Assembly: GCA_963850305.1 (NCBI GenBank)
Contig: CAWKKR010000008.1
Location: 1,184,001 to 1,248,000 of the forward strand
From: an uncultured delta proteobacterium
Lineage (GTDB): Bacteria > Myxococcota_A > Polyangia > Polyangiales > Polyangiaceae
Length of the DNA stretch: 64,000 bases
Reading direction: 5' to 3'
Below are positions 51,264 to 63,393 of this stretch, piece by piece. The translations under genes and the position numbers were made by a program. How positions within the stretch are numbered: the first letter of the stretch is position 1; each line of letters starts with the position of its first letter. Below the pieces are notes generated by a model. That model was not told the origin of the DNA and did not search any database. It worked only from the letters and a program-made list of their open reading frames with translations.

Positions 51264-52139
51264 TCAAAGCGCTCGGTCGTAGGCGCACCGAAAACCAATC
51301 CAGCGCGCCGGCGAGTGGGTGTTCGCTACGGACCAGCTCTTCAGATCGAGCGCCGACAGCGATCGATACGACCCTCCACGCGCCGCGTAGGTTCCGTCCC
51401 TTTCCACCGTCCATTCCGCGACGTTGCCGGCAAGGTCCTGAACTCCGTCGGGCGTGGCTCCATCCGGGCGCGCGCCGGCAATCTCCGCCCTCCCTCCCGT
51501 CGCGCACGGGCCGTTCTCGAGCCCGAACGACGCACGCCGGCAGATGAGCCCCGTGGGGCCCCACGGGAATCGACGACCCTCGGCCCCCATGGCGGCGAAC
51601 ATCCATTCGTCCGAGGTTGGAAGCCGGCCGCCGTCGAACCTGCAAAACCGTCCGGCTTCCTTCGGGTTCACGCCGGTCACGGGTTCACCGGGCTCGGCGT
51701 CGTCGATGTTCCGGCACGCGCCCGCCCGGACGCAATGGTCCCAGCGTTCGACGGTGACCTCGTTCGCGTCGAGGAGAAATGCGCCGACCAGCGTGGACCG
51801 CGGCTGCACGATGCCTTCCCCCTGCCAGTCGTCCGCGCCGACGCGGAGCTTGCCTTCCGCGATGGCGACGCGGCGCGCGTCCGCGACGCAGCCCAGCCGT
51901 CGGGCGTCGACGTGCATGCCGCCCGGACATGACGCCGGAGCGCCCGCGCAGCGGCCCCGCACGAGCTTCTGTCCCGGCGCGCAGCATCTCGAGGAGAGCG
52001 GCAACAGACCTGCGGGACAGCGCTCAGGTCCGGATTGCTCGTGCTTTGCGACGCGAACGACCACCAGGATCGCCGCGAGGGAGATCGCTCCGCCCGCGAG
52101 CGCCACGCCGATCCGCGCGAGCTGCTTCAACGATGTCAC
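51264..52139 (-). CDS. Formylglycine-generating enzyme (SUMF1) family protein
   Basis: N-terminal TM, EVT, RLPTSDEW, FPWG, DLAGNVAEW and IGFRCA. Confidence 0.88.
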   Translation of the reverse strand: MTSLKQLARIGVALAGGAISLAAILVVVRVAKHEQSGPERCPAGLLPLSSRCCAPGQKLVRGRCAGAPASCPGGMHVDARRLGCVADARRVAIAEGKLRVGADDWQGEGIVQPRSTLVGAFLLDANEVTVERWDHCVRAGACRNIDDAEPGEPVTGVNPKEAGRFCRFDGGRLPTSDEWMFAAMGAEGRRFPWGPTGLICRRASFGLENGPCATGGRAEIAGARPDGATPDGVQDLAGNVAEWTVERDGTYAARGGSYRSLSALDLKSWSVANTHSPARWIGFRCAYDRAL

Positions 52140-52909
52140 CCCTCGCGGGCCACGTGAAAGACGAGGCTCCCCAGTCGCTCGATGGTGACCTCCACGGTGT
52201 CGCCTGCCGCGAGCGGGCCAACGCCGTCCGGCGTTCCCGTCGAGATCAGATCTCCGGGTTCGAGCGTCGCGAAGTTCGACACGTGCGCGACGATCCGCGC
52301 GACGCCGAAGATCATCTCCGACGTTCGCGCGCGCTGTCGTTCTGCGCCGTTGACGGTGAGCTGTAGCGCGAGATCGTCGGGGTCGACGCCGCACACCACA
52401 TGTGGACCCACCGGACAGAAGGTGTCGAAGCCCTTGGCGCGAGTCCACTGCCCGTCCTTCACCTGCAGATCGCGCGCCGTCACGTCGCAGACCGGCACGC
52501 AACCGAACACGTGCGCGAGCGCGCTGGCCTCGGGCACGCGACGACACCGCTTGCCGATGACGATGCCGAGCTCACCTTCGTAAGCGACGTGCGCGCTCTC
52601 CTCCGGCAGGAGCACCGTCTTGCCCGGTCCGAGCAGGGACGAGACTGCCTTCGCAAAGACCAGAGGCTCGTCCGGCACCGTCCCGCCCATCTCGGCGGCA
52701 TGCGCGCGATAGTTCTTTCCGATGGCGAAGATCTTCCGCGACGTCACCGGACATCGAAGCTCCGCGTCCGCGAGCGAGACGCTGGCGCCGGTCGGGCGCC
52801 CGCCGTTCCAGGGCGCTTCGTCCAGCAGGATGGCCACGTCGCCTTCGATGCGGGCGAAACTCTCTTTCCCGGAAGCGCCGACGCGCGCGAAACGAGTGAG
52901 CTCCGACAT
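52136..52909 (-). CDS. Fumarylacetoacetate hydrolase family protein
   Basis: GKNYRAH, YEGEL, DVTARDLQ, KGFDTFCP and TGTP. Confidence 0.93.
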   Translation of the reverse strand: MSELTRFARVGASGKESFARIEGDVAILLDEAPWNGGRPTGASVSLADAELRCPVTSRKIFAIGKNYRAHAAEMGGTVPDEPLVFAKAVSSLLGPGKTVLLPEESAHVAYEGELGIVIGKRCRRVPEASALAHVFGCVPVCDVTARDLQVKDGQWTRAKGFDTFCPVGPHVVCGVDPDDLALQLTVNGAERQRARTSEMIFGVARIVAHVSNFATLEPGDLISTGTPDGVGPLAAGDTVEVTIERLGSLVFHVAREG

Positions 52910-53043
52910 CTGCGCCGTAGTCTACCTCGCGTTCCGGGCTGGTTGCGCGCCAACCGCAGCTCACGGGGCCCCTGCCCCGTTCGCCTCGTGTGCAGCGGAA
53001 TTTGGTCGAGCTCGAGAAGGCTTCTCAGATTAGGGGCGCACGG

Positions 53044-55128
<2,085 letters not shown>

Positions 55129-55147
55129 CTAAGGTCCGGCCCCGGCG

Positions 55148-56158
55148 ATGGTCAACGCCCCCGAAACCCCTCCCGCGTCCGAGGCGAGCAGTCGGAAGCG
55201 GCGCATCGACGAGATTGAAGAGCCCGTTTCTTCGCCGGTTTCGAGTGAAGCCGACGCTGCCCACGGCGCGCTCTGGCGCGTGGGAGGACTGGTTCGCACC
55301 GTCCGGCCGCACCAGTGGGTGAAAAACGTATTCGTCCTCGCGCCGGTGTTCTTCGCGAAGGACCTGTTCGAGCCCCGGCTCATGTTGCGAGCCGCGGGAT
55401 CCTTCGGCGTGTTCTGCATCCTCGCGGGCGCCGTGTACACCATCAACGACATCGCGGACGCGGAAGCCGACCGGCTTCATCCGGTGAAGCGGCTCCGTCC
55501 GATCGCGTCCGGGCGCGTCAGTGTCCACGCAGCACGGATCCTCGCCGCGGTGCTCGTCGTCGCGGGGCTCGCGGGCGCGGCGTACGGGCCGCTCTCGTTC
55601 TTCGCCGTCGCGGCGACGTACTTTCTCCAGAATCTCGCGTACTCGTTCAAGCTGAAGCAGTACGCGTACGTGGACGTCGCGCTCATCGCGTTCGGCTTCG
55701 TCTTGCGCGTCGTGGGTGGCGGCTACGGCACCCACATCCACGTGTCCGGCTACCTGCTCGTCTGCACGGCGTTCCTTGCGTTGTTCCTCGGGTTCGGCAA
55801 GCGGCGGCACGAGTTCGCCGCGGTCGCCGCACGCGCCAAGAAGCAACGCGCCGCGCTCTCCGGGTACAATGCGGCCGGTCTCGACGTGGCGCTCGCGGTA
55901 ACGGGTCTGGCGACGGCCGGTGCCTACCTCGCGTACACGCTCGATCGTGCGACGGTCGCCTACTTCGGCTCGGACAAGCTCTACCTCACGACGATCTTCG
56001 TCGTGCTCGCCGGGCTCCGGTTTCTGTACCTGGTTCGATCTCGCCCGCACGCCGAGAGCCCGACGCAGGAAATGCTGCGCGACGGGCCGTTCGTGGGTGC
56101 CGTACTCGTGTGGGTCATGGTCGTGATCTGGATCGTGTACCACCTTCGTCCGGGCTGA
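55148..56158 (+). CDS. UbiA prenyltransferase family (decaprenyl-phosphate phosphoribosyltransferase-like)
   Basis: RPHQWVKN, YTINDIAD..ADRLHPVKRLRPIASG and GKRRHE. Confidence 0.9.
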   Translation: MVNAPETPPASEASSRKRRIDEIEEPVSSPVSSEADAAHGALWRVGGLVRTVRPHQWVKNVFVLAPVFFAKDLFEPRLMLRAAGSFGVFCILAGAVYTINDIADAEADRLHPVKRLRPIASGRVSVHAARILAAVLVVAGLAGAAYGPLSFFAVAATYFLQNLAYSFKLKQYAYVDVALIAFGFVLRVVGGGYGTHIHVSGYLLVCTAFLALFLGFGKRRHEFAAVAARAKKQRAALSGYNAAGLDVALAVTGLATAGAYLAYTLDRATVAYFGSDKLYLTTIFVVLAGLRFLYLVRSRPHAESPTQEMLRDGPFVGAVLVWVMVVIWIVYHLRPG

Positions 56159-56167
56159 GACGTCGAC

Positions 56168-56889
56168 ATGGCCGCCACGCCGACAGTGACCCAAGCCCCC
56201 GCCGGAAATCGGGGTGCGAGCGATCCATGGTCCGACCTCGTGCTCACCCTGCCGATGTTCATCGGCTATCACCTCGGCGTGATCTTCTTGCCGATCCGCA
56301 ATGCGGCGGACATCGTCACCCGCGAGCTGGTCTCGCTCGCCGGGCAAGACATGGCTGCTTACGGCGGTCTCACTCTCGCCATCGGGCTCGTCTACGTCGT
56401 GTTCCTGGGCCTCGCGGGTCGAGGTCACGCGCTCCGCTGGCAGCGGTTCGCGTTCATCGCGACGGAGGGCATCGTATATGCCGTCGCGATGCGGTTCGCC
56501 GCGGCGTACGTCGTGGGACGCGTCTTCCTGGTCAGCGGCGCACCGCAGGGGATCTTCTCCGGCGTCGTGATGTCGCTCGGCGCCGGATTTACGAGGAGCT
56601 CGCGTTTCGCGTCTTGCTCTTCGGCGTCGGGCTCAAGGTGCTGAAGATCTCGTTTCGGCCGTCCACGGCGCTACGAAGGACGCTGCTCTCCGTCGGATGG
56701 GCGCTTCTCACGGCCGCCGTGTTCAGCGCGTGGCACTACGTCGGACCCCTCGGCGACACGTTCGACGCTCAGTCATTCCTGTTCAGATGGGTGTGCGGGA
56801 CGGTCTTCGTCGGCATCTACGCTTGGCGGGGTTTCGCGCCGGTGGTGTGGACCCACGCCATCTACGATCTCTGGGTGATGGTGTTTTGA
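56168..56889 (+). CDS. CPBP family intramembrane glutamic endopeptidase (frameshift near 56590)
   Basis: GAG.YEELAFR, FSAWH and HAIYD, across two frames. Confidence 0.82.
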
Positions 56890-56958
56890 GAGCCAGAGCG
56901 GGCAGCGCATCGGCTGTGCCCGGAGCGGCAAGCTCGAGCCAGCGGGCCCGATCGGACC

Positions 56959-57669
56959 TCAGGGCGGCACGAGACGGAGCGTCGCTCGGACCGTCGTGCC
57001 GACGCCCGCTTCACTCTCGACGAGGAGCGAGCCGTCGTACGACTCGACGATGCTCCGGGACAGCGCGAGCCCGAGCCCCAGCCCGCGGCCGGGTCGGGTG
57101 GTGAAATTGGGATTGCCGACGCGCGCTCGATCCCCGGCGCTGATGCCGACCCCGTCGTCGCAAACGACGAGCGTTGCCACGGAGTCGCTCTCGACGCTCA
57201 CGCGTACCGTGATCGTTCCGCGGCCTTCGCCTCGATCTTGAACCGCGAACACCGCGTTCGTCAGGAGATTCAAGAGGACCTGGCAGAGTCGGGTCCGGTT
57301 GCCGAGCACGGTGGGACGGCACTCGATGTCACGAACGAGCTCCGCACGGGCACCGATTTCCTCTTCGACCATGAGCAGGGTCGACAGGACCAGCTCCGCG
57401 AGATCGACGGGGCCGACCTCGTCGAGCGTCTCCTCGACGCCGATGCGCTGGACGATCTGGGCCATGTGCGAGACCGCCTCCTGGGCGGCCGCGAGCGCTC
57501 GAAGCGCGGCCGATTGGATGTTCTCGACGGACGTCTGGTCCTCTTCGAGCCGCTTCCGGATTATGCCGAGACTCGTCGAGAGGTATGTGAGTGGCTGGCA
57601 GAGTTCGTGACGCAGGAACGCAAACTGGTCGGGGGCTGGTTTGCCACGAAGGCGGCCGTTGGGTGACAT
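56959..57669 (-). CDS. Sensor-less histidine kinase (HisKA plus HATPase only)
   Basis: RHELCQPL H-box near the N-terminus, NLLTNA, DDGVGI and FTT..GRGLGLGL. Confidence 0.88.
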   Translation of the reverse strand: MSPNGRLRGKPAPDQFAFLRHELCQPLTYLSTSLGIIRKRLEEDQTSVENIQSAALRALAAAQEAVSHMAQIVQRIGVEETLDEVGPVDLAELVLSTLLMVEEEIGARAELVRDIECRPTVLGNRTRLCQVLLNLLTNAVFAVQDRGEGRGTITVRVSVESDSVATLVVCDDGVGISAGDRARVGNPNFTTRPGRGLGLGLALSRSIVESYDGSLLVESEAGVGTTVRATLRLVPP

Positions 57670-57683
57670 GGAGGGTTTGCCAG

Positions 57684-57699
57684 TGCACCGGCCGTGCCG
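57684..57699 (-). promoter_or_regulatory. Putative sigma54 promoter
   Basis: Minus strand CGGCACGGCCGGTGCA (GG-N10-GC), 15 bp upstream of the kinase ATG. Confidence 0.55.
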
Positions 57700-57854
57700 G
57701 AGCGCAGGCGCCCGATTTCATTCGAATGTCTGCCCTCGCCGGGGCGCCGAACGCGGGAAGCCGTGCCGGCCCCCCACGGTCTTCCCCGACAGCGGAGAGG
57801 TGCGCGGCCCCGGGATCCGGGGTCGTTCCGGTCTCACGGGAGCGACTGCTGGCG

Positions 57855-58505
57855 CTATTTCACGTCCGCCTTCGTGACGACAATCTCTCCCACCACGAGG
57901 TTTCCGTTCTCGATACGGTCGTACTCGACGCGCAGGCCCGGGAACTCATCGGATTGGACGGTGTGGGTCGGCCCCCCGTCCGCAATGGTGTCCGTTTTCA
58001 GCGGCTTGCCCAGCGCGTCTCGCACCGCCCAGGGCAGCATGCCGAACGCAACGCCTCTGCCCTGACGAAGGTTGCCGTTGTAGGCGCCATACGTGGCCAT
58101 AGGAGGGTCGCTTGCGCGACGCCCGGGGCGATAAGCGCGGATTTCGACGAGCGCCCCGTCCTCGAGGAAGAACTCGACGGCGTGGTTGACGTAGCGGCAC
58201 GAATTGTCGGTCTTGTACTGACACGGTTCGCCCATCAATCGCTCGATCGTGGCGACCGTCGCGCCGAACCGGATCGGGCCGACGCCTTTGCCCGGCAGGA
58301 TCTGGAGAAACGGCCCGTACGGCACCGGCCACGCGGGGGCCGTCGCGAGCCGGTCGGCGACGGCTCTCGTGCTCGGCGCTGCCGGCGTGATCGGTCCGGA
58401 CAGGGCCGCGGCGGGTGACTCCTTTGGCGCTTCCTTCGAGCGCGAGCACGCGATGATCGAAAGTAGCGCCAGCGCGCCGAGGTACCGCTGTTTCAAGATT
58501 TTCAC
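57855..58505 (-). CDS. Hypothetical lipoprotein
   Basis: Lipobox IIAC and GKGVGPIRFG. Coupled to nadE. Confidence 0.72.
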   Translation of the reverse strand: MKILKQRYLGALALLSIIACSRSKEAPKESPAAALSGPITPAAPSTRAVADRLATAPAWPVPYGPFLQILPGKGVGPIRFGATVATIERLMGEPCQYKTDNSCRYVNHAVEFFLEDGALVEIRAYRPGRRASDPPMATYGAYNGNLRQGRGVAFGMLPWAVRDALGKPLKTDTIADGGPTHTVQSDEFPGLRVEYDRIENGNLVVGEIVVTKADVK

Positions 58506-60148
58506 TCCTCGATGAACCCCTGGGCGATGGGCATCCTTCGCCCAGGGCCGAATGCCTTGCTCGTCACGATCAGGCCGGGCGCGGCCTGCCGCCGCTTGTA
58601 CTCGCTGACGCGCACCATCTTCAAGACTCGAGACACGACCACCGGGTCGAAACCTTGCGCGACGATCGCGTGCTTGTCGAGGTGCCGCTCGACGTAAAGC
58701 TCGAGGATTCGGTCGAGCACGTCGTACGGCGGCAGCGAGTCCTCGTCCCTTTGATCGGGGCGGAGCTCCGCGGAGGGCGGCTTCTCGATCGAGCTTCGGG
58801 GAATTCGCTCCCTCTCGCCGTTCACGTAGCGGCAGAGTTCGTAGACCATCGTCTTCGGCAGATCGCTGATGACGGCGAGTCCGCCGACCATGTCACCGTA
58901 GAGCGTGCAATACCCGCACGCGAGCTCGCTCTTGTTGCCGGTAGTGAGCACGATCGCTCCCGTCCGGTTCGACAGGGCCATCAGCGTCGCGCCGCGGATA
59001 CGAGCCTGCGCGTTCTCCCACGTGACGTCGTCCGCGGGCGGCGGCGTGAGGCGATCCAGGAGCGCGCCGCTCTGCAAGAGCATCGCCGCGAACATGGGAT
59101 CGACGTCGATGACCTCGTACGCGAGCCCCAGGTTCTTCGCGAGCGCGGCCGCGTCGACGAGCGAACCTTCGGAAGAGTAGCGTGTGGGCATGGAGACTCC
59201 CATGACGTTCTCGCCGCCCAGCGCGTCCGCGGCGATGGTCGCGGTGAGCGCCGAGTCGATGCCGCCGCTCAGTCCGACCACGGCGCGATGGAAGCCGCAC
59301 TTCCTCGCGTAGTCGCGGACGCCCAGCACGAGCGCCCGGTAGACCGCTTCCGCGCGGCTCGTCGCTTCTTCCGCCACCCTTCCGCCCGTCTCCAGGTCGG
59401 CAATCTCGACGGCTTCCTCGAACATCGGGGCGCGGCAGATGAGTTTCCCTTCGCGATCCCAGACGGCGCTCCGTCCGTCGAAGACGAGCTCGTCGTTGCC
59501 GCCGACCTGGTTCACCAGCACGACGCCCACGCCGTGGCGTTTCGCGATGTCGCCGAAGAGTTTCGGGCGGAAGGCGAGCTTGGCGAGCGTGAACGGGCTC
59601 GCTGATAGGTTGATGAACACGTCCGTCGTGTCCGGTCCGACGTCCGCCAGCGGATTGTCGCGGTAGCGAGCTCCGACGCCCTCCACTTCCGCCCAGGCAT
59701 CCTCGCAGATCGCGATCGTCAGTCGCCGGCCGCCGACCACGATCGTGGTGCGCGTGTCGCCCGGTGCGAAATACCGCGCGTCGTCGAAGACGTCGTACGT
59801 CGGCAGGAGCCGCTTCTGCGCCGTGGTGACGATGCTCCCGTCGCGAGCGACGAGCCCGGCGTTTGCAACGAGGCCGGCGTCCTGTTGCGTCGGAAGGACG
59901 GTGCCGAAGACGAGTGTCAGCCCGCGCGGCGCCTGGTCCACGACGCGGCGAGTCTCGCGCTCGACCTCGCGGACGAACGAGGGCCAATCGAGCAAGTCCT
60001 TCGGCGGATAGCCGACGAGGGTCAGCTCCGAGCCGACCGCGACCTCGGCCCCGGCGTTCATCGAGCGACGAGCCGCATCGAGCAGGCGCTCGGCGTTCTG
60101 CCGCACTGCACCCACGGTGGGATTGAGCTGAAGGAGCGCGACTTTCAT
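58502..60148 (-). CDS. nadE: Glutamine-dependent NAD+ synthetase
   Basis: Nitrilase domain (LLPTYDVFDD, ICED), GLSGGIDS, NAQARIRG, TGNKSE and PPSAEL. Confidence 0.96.
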   Translation of the reverse strand: MKVALLQLNPTVGAVRQNAERLLDAARRSMNAGAEVAVGSELTLVGYPPKDLLDWPSFVREVERETRRVVDQAPRGLTLVFGTVLPTQQDAGLVANAGLVARDGSIVTTAQKRLLPTYDVFDDARYFAPGDTRTTIVVGGRRLTIAICEDAWAEVEGVGARYRDNPLADVGPDTTDVFINLSASPFTLAKLAFRPKLFGDIAKRHGVGVVLVNQVGGNDELVFDGRSAVWDREGKLICRAPMFEEAVEIADLETGGRVAEEATSRAEAVYRALVLGVRDYARKCGFHRAVVGLSGGIDSALTATIAADALGGENVMGVSMPTRYSSEGSLVDAAALAKNLGLAYEVIDVDPMFAAMLLQSGALLDRLTPPPADDVTWENAQARIRGATLMALSNRTGAIVLTTGNKSELACGYCTLYGDMVGGLAVISDLPKTMVYELCRYVNGERERIPRSSIEKPPSAELRPDQRDEDSLPPYDVLDRILELYVERHLDKHAIVAQGFDPVVVSRVLKMVRVSEYKRRQAAPGLIVTSKAFGPGRRMPIAQGFIEE

Positions 60149-60221
60149 GAACTACTCGCGCGTGCTTTGAGGTAAAAGGCAGGGGACGCGGGAGCGCGAC
60201 GCCCGGCACCGCTCGCTCCCG

Positions 60222-61154
60222 ATGACTCCGCTCGATCGCCGCCGCTTTCTGTTCGTGACCGGCAAGGGCGGTACCGGAAAGACCACCGTTACGGCCGCGC
60301 TCGCGCTGTCGCTCGCGTCGCGCGGGCGTCGCGTGCTCATCGCCGTTACGGAGCCGAAGGAGCGCACGTCAGCGCTCCTCGGCGTGCCGCCGCTCGGCCA
60401 CGAGATCGTCAACGTGCTTCCGAACATCTTCGCCGTGAAGATTAACCCGGAAGTGGCCATGCGCGAGTATGGCGAGATGATCTTGAAGAGCCGGACAGTC
60501 TCGGACGCGGTGTTCAAGAGCAAGTACGTCCGCGGGTTCTTCGCCGCCGTGCCGGGTCTTCACCAGTGGGCGATGCTCGGCAAAGCCTGGTTTCACTCGA
60601 CGGAGCAACAGGATGGCCGTCCGCGGTTCGACGTCGTCTTGTTCGACGCGCCGGCGACGGGCCACGGCCTGGACATGCTGCGTGTGCCCAAGGTCATCGT
60701 GGACGTCGCGCCGCCAGGGCTCCTGCGCAAAGATGCCGAGGCAGCGTGGACCATGTTTCGGGACCCCGCCCAGAGCGGTGTTCTCATCATCGCCCTGCCC
60801 GAAGACATGCCTGCGAACGAGTCCATCGAACTCGCCAGCGCGGTCACCGGTGAACTCGAGTTGCCCATTGCCGGCGTGATCGTCAACCAGGTGATTGAGC
60901 TGCTCTTCGATGATGCCGAGCGTGAGGCACTCGTCGAGCCGCGTCTCCTGGTGTCCGGCGATCCGGGCGACGAGGGTCTGAGCGCCGCGGCCCGTCGCGC
61001 GCAGAGCGAGCGCGTGCAGATCGAAAGCGAGCGCAAGATTCGCGAAGGCATCGCCGCACCGCTCACGGAGCTTCCGAGATTGCTGACGGATGCGAGCGTG
61101 CCGGAGGCGATCCGTGGGCTCTCGAAGATCCTGGGGGATCGGTTGTTTTCCTAA
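60222..61154 (+). CDS. ArsA/GET3 family ATPase
   Basis: GKGGTGKTT, PGL, DAPATGH and PE.MP.NE. Confidence 0.9.
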   Translation: MTPLDRRRFLFVTGKGGTGKTTVTAALALSLASRGRRVLIAVTEPKERTSALLGVPPLGHEIVNVLPNIFAVKINPEVAMREYGEMILKSRTVSDAVFKSKYVRGFFAAVPGLHQWAMLGKAWFHSTEQQDGRPRFDVVLFDAPATGHGLDMLRVPKVIVDVAPPGLLRKDAEAAWTMFRDPAQSGVLIIALPEDMPANESIELASAVTGELELPIAGVIVNQVIELLFDDAEREALVEPRLLVSGDPGDEGLSAAARRAQSERVQIESERKIREGIAAPLTELPRLLTDASVPEAIRGLSKILGDRLFS

Positions 61155-61255
61155 CGAGGAAGAACAAGGAAAGCGGTTTCACTCATCCCGGTGCGGCTTC
61201 CCGCATGATGGCTTCGCGCGGGCCGTGCAGCGGCTGGAGCAAGCGGGTTCATCGA

Positions 61256-61669
61256 TCACCTCGGCACGATGCTCGGTTGCGCGAGAAACGCGGCCACTTC
61301 GAGTGCCATTTCTTCGGCATCCCAGTCGAATGTCACGCCGGCGAGAGAGACGGAGAGCCCGCTCGGCAAGAACGCCTTCGGTCGGACCCAGGAAATGATG
61401 CCGTTCGCTTCGAGCTCCACCCGGCCCGACCGGCGGAACTTGACGCGAACGGCGTCCGTGCGCTTGACGGGCTGTCCGCCCGACCCGAACGGCGGTCTGA
61501 TGACGAGGATTGCGCCGTTGGGTCTCAGGTGCTGCGTGGTGCACCTGCCCGCGAGCACGACCCGTTCTTCGCCCTGCGCGGTCCGGAGCGTGAGCAAGCA
61601 ATCGACGGGCCCGTGCTGGACGAGTCGCGCGGGCTCGTCCGGCATGCGAATCTCTCCCGATTCGGCCAT
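61256..61669 (-). CDS. PilZ-like beta-barrel protein
   Basis: Beta-strand pattern with GIISWVRP and GVTF. The canonical RxxxR motif is not evident. Confidence 0.5.
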   Translation of the reverse strand: MAESGEIRMPDEPARLVQHGPVDCLLTLRTAQGEERVVLAGRCTTQHLRPNGAILVIRPPFGSGGQPVKRTDAVRVKFRRSGRVELEANGIISWVRPKAFLPSGLSVSLAGVTFDWDAEEMALEVAAFLAQPSIVPR

Positions 61670-61791
61670 CTCTTACGCACGTATCATGACATCGTCCCCG
61701 ACGACGCGAGTCAGAAACTGGTTGCATCCGCCGTGCTGGGCGTAAGCGGGGCGCTTGCGCTCGGCCTTTGCGACGGCGACTATTGAGCTGC

Positions 61792-63330
61792 ATGATCCGC
61801 CCGGGGCGATTCGCGCAAGGGACGACGTCGGCCATCGCCCTCGTTGCCGCTTTCGCGTGCAGCTCGGGCCTCGATGGATTCCGGCTCGACACGGAGGCCG
61901 TGACCCACAGCGATGGCAGTGCCGGCTCTGGAGGCGGCGGAGGGATTGAGGGGGGAACGCTTGGCGCGGGAGGCGGCGCGCAACAGAGCGGAGGCGGTGG
62001 CGCGGGAAACGGGGAAGTCGGGGGAGCAGGCGGGGGCGTGAGCAGCGGTGGGCAGAGCGGGAGCGGGAGCGGCGGGAGCGGGGGCGTGAGCAGCGGTGGG
62101 CAGAGCGGGAGCGGGGGATCGGGCAATGGAGGCAGCGGGAGCGGTGGGAGCGGGAGCGGCGGGAACGGGGGATTGGGTAGTGGAGGCAGCGGGAGCGGTG
62201 GGCAGAACGGGAGCGGCGGAGCTGGCAGCGGAGGGAATGGGAGCGGTGGGCAGAACGGGAGCGGCGGAGGTGGCAGCGGAGGGAATGGGAGCGGTGGGCA
62301 GAACGGGAGCGGCGGAGCTGGCAGCGGAGGGAATGGGAGCGGTGGGGCAGGTGGATCCGGGGCGTGGCCTGCGGATCCCGTCGCGGTGCAAGCGACGGGG
62401 ATGCCAGCGGGAATTACCGCGGCGGTGTGGGATGCGAGTTCGAGTCAGTTCTTTCTCCTGCAGCCGGCGAAGAATCTGTTCTTCACGCTGGATCCGGCGA
62501 CGCGCGTGGTGAGTGCAGGATTGCCCTTGCCCACCGGAACCGTCGCGGGCAGTCCGTTCGGCGTGAGCGCGAACGACGTGTTCGTCGTGATCGGCACGTC
62601 GCTGTATCGCTTGCCCCGGACCGGCGCGACTTCAGGCACCGGTGTGCCGCTCGGAGGCACCATCACCTCGGGGACGGAGCTGACCGGCGGATACGCGAGT
62701 GGATGGTTCCTGGTCGGCAATTCCGGTAGCACGGCGCAAGCGTTCGAAGACTCGACGAGCTCGATGAAGTCGGTCGCGGCTTTCTCGGACCTTCACGGAG
62801 TCGCGACGGACGGATTCAGCTTCGTGTTCCGCACCACGAACGGCACCAGCGTCTACCTTCAGCGTGTGGCCCCCGGCGCGACCGCGCTCGATGCGGGTCC
62901 GTGCCTCGTGGCCGGGAGCTTCGCAGGTGGCGATCAGGGGACGCCGTCGGGCGTGTTCGGCACGGCGGTGGCCTGGGTCAGGGCGCAATCCGCGGCGGCT
63001 TACGAGCTCTTCTTCGCTACCGTCGACGCCTCGGGCACGTGCTCGTCCCCCGCCGAGCAATTCTTCGGCACGGCGACGACGGGCTCCCGAGTGGTCGGCC
63101 TCCTGAGCGCGGATGAGGCGATCGTGACGTCGCGCGTCGCTGGAAGCCTCGCGGATTTGCAGATCATCGGTTCGGACGGAACCGTCAGCGCGACGCTCGC
63201 GAATCAGAACATGGGCGCGGGGACCCCGACCGCTTTCGTGATCGGCGTAAGCTCGCTCGATTCCGTGAATTCGCCCTCGCACTACGGCGTCCTCGTCACG
63301 GGAGACAAGCCCGTCGTGTTCCAGTTCTGA
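61792..63330 (+). CDS. Lipoprotein with a Gly/Ser-rich linker and a beta-rich C-terminal domain
   Basis: Lipobox FAC and an approximately 150-aa GS-rich tract. Confidence 0.78.
   Translation: MIRPGRFAQGTTSAIALVAAFACSSGLDGFRLDTEAVTHSDGSAGSGGGGGIEGGTLGAGGGAQQSGGGGAGNGEVGGAGGGVSSGGQSGSGSGGSGGVSSGGQSGSGGSGNGGSGSGGSGSGGNGGLGSGGSGSGGQNGSGGAGSGGNGSGGQNGSGGGGSGGNGSGGQNGSGGAGSGGNGSGGAGGSGAWPADPVAVQATGMPAGITAAVWDASSSQFFLLQPAKNLFFTLDPATRVVSAGLPLPTGTVAGSPFGVSANDVFVVIGTSLYRLPRTGATSGTGVPLGGTITSGTELTGGYASGWFLVGNSGSTAQAFEDSTSSMKSVAAFSDLHGVATDGFSFVFRTTNGTSVYLQRVAPGATALDAGPCLVAGSFAGGDQGTPSGVFGTAVAWVRAQSAAAYELFFATVDASGTCSSPAEQFFGTATTGSRVVGLLSADEAIVTSRVAGSLADLQIIGSDGTVSATLANQNMGAGTPTAFVIGVSSLDSVNSPSHYGVLVTGDKPVVFQF
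62191..62334 (+). repeat. Coding 48-bp tandem repeat x3 (GSGGQNGSGG[A/G]GSGGN)
   Basis: Units start at 62191, 62239 and 62287. Confidence 0.9.
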
Positions 63331-63393
63331 ACGGCGGCGCGACCGGACCCGACGGTGTAGGATGCCGCCCGGCGGAGGCGCTCCGCGTCTGGC

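Noticed and set aside
61920..62360. G-rich tract as a regulatory or G-quadruplex element
   Set aside because: It is fully explained by Gly/Ser codons in an in-frame lipoprotein linker.
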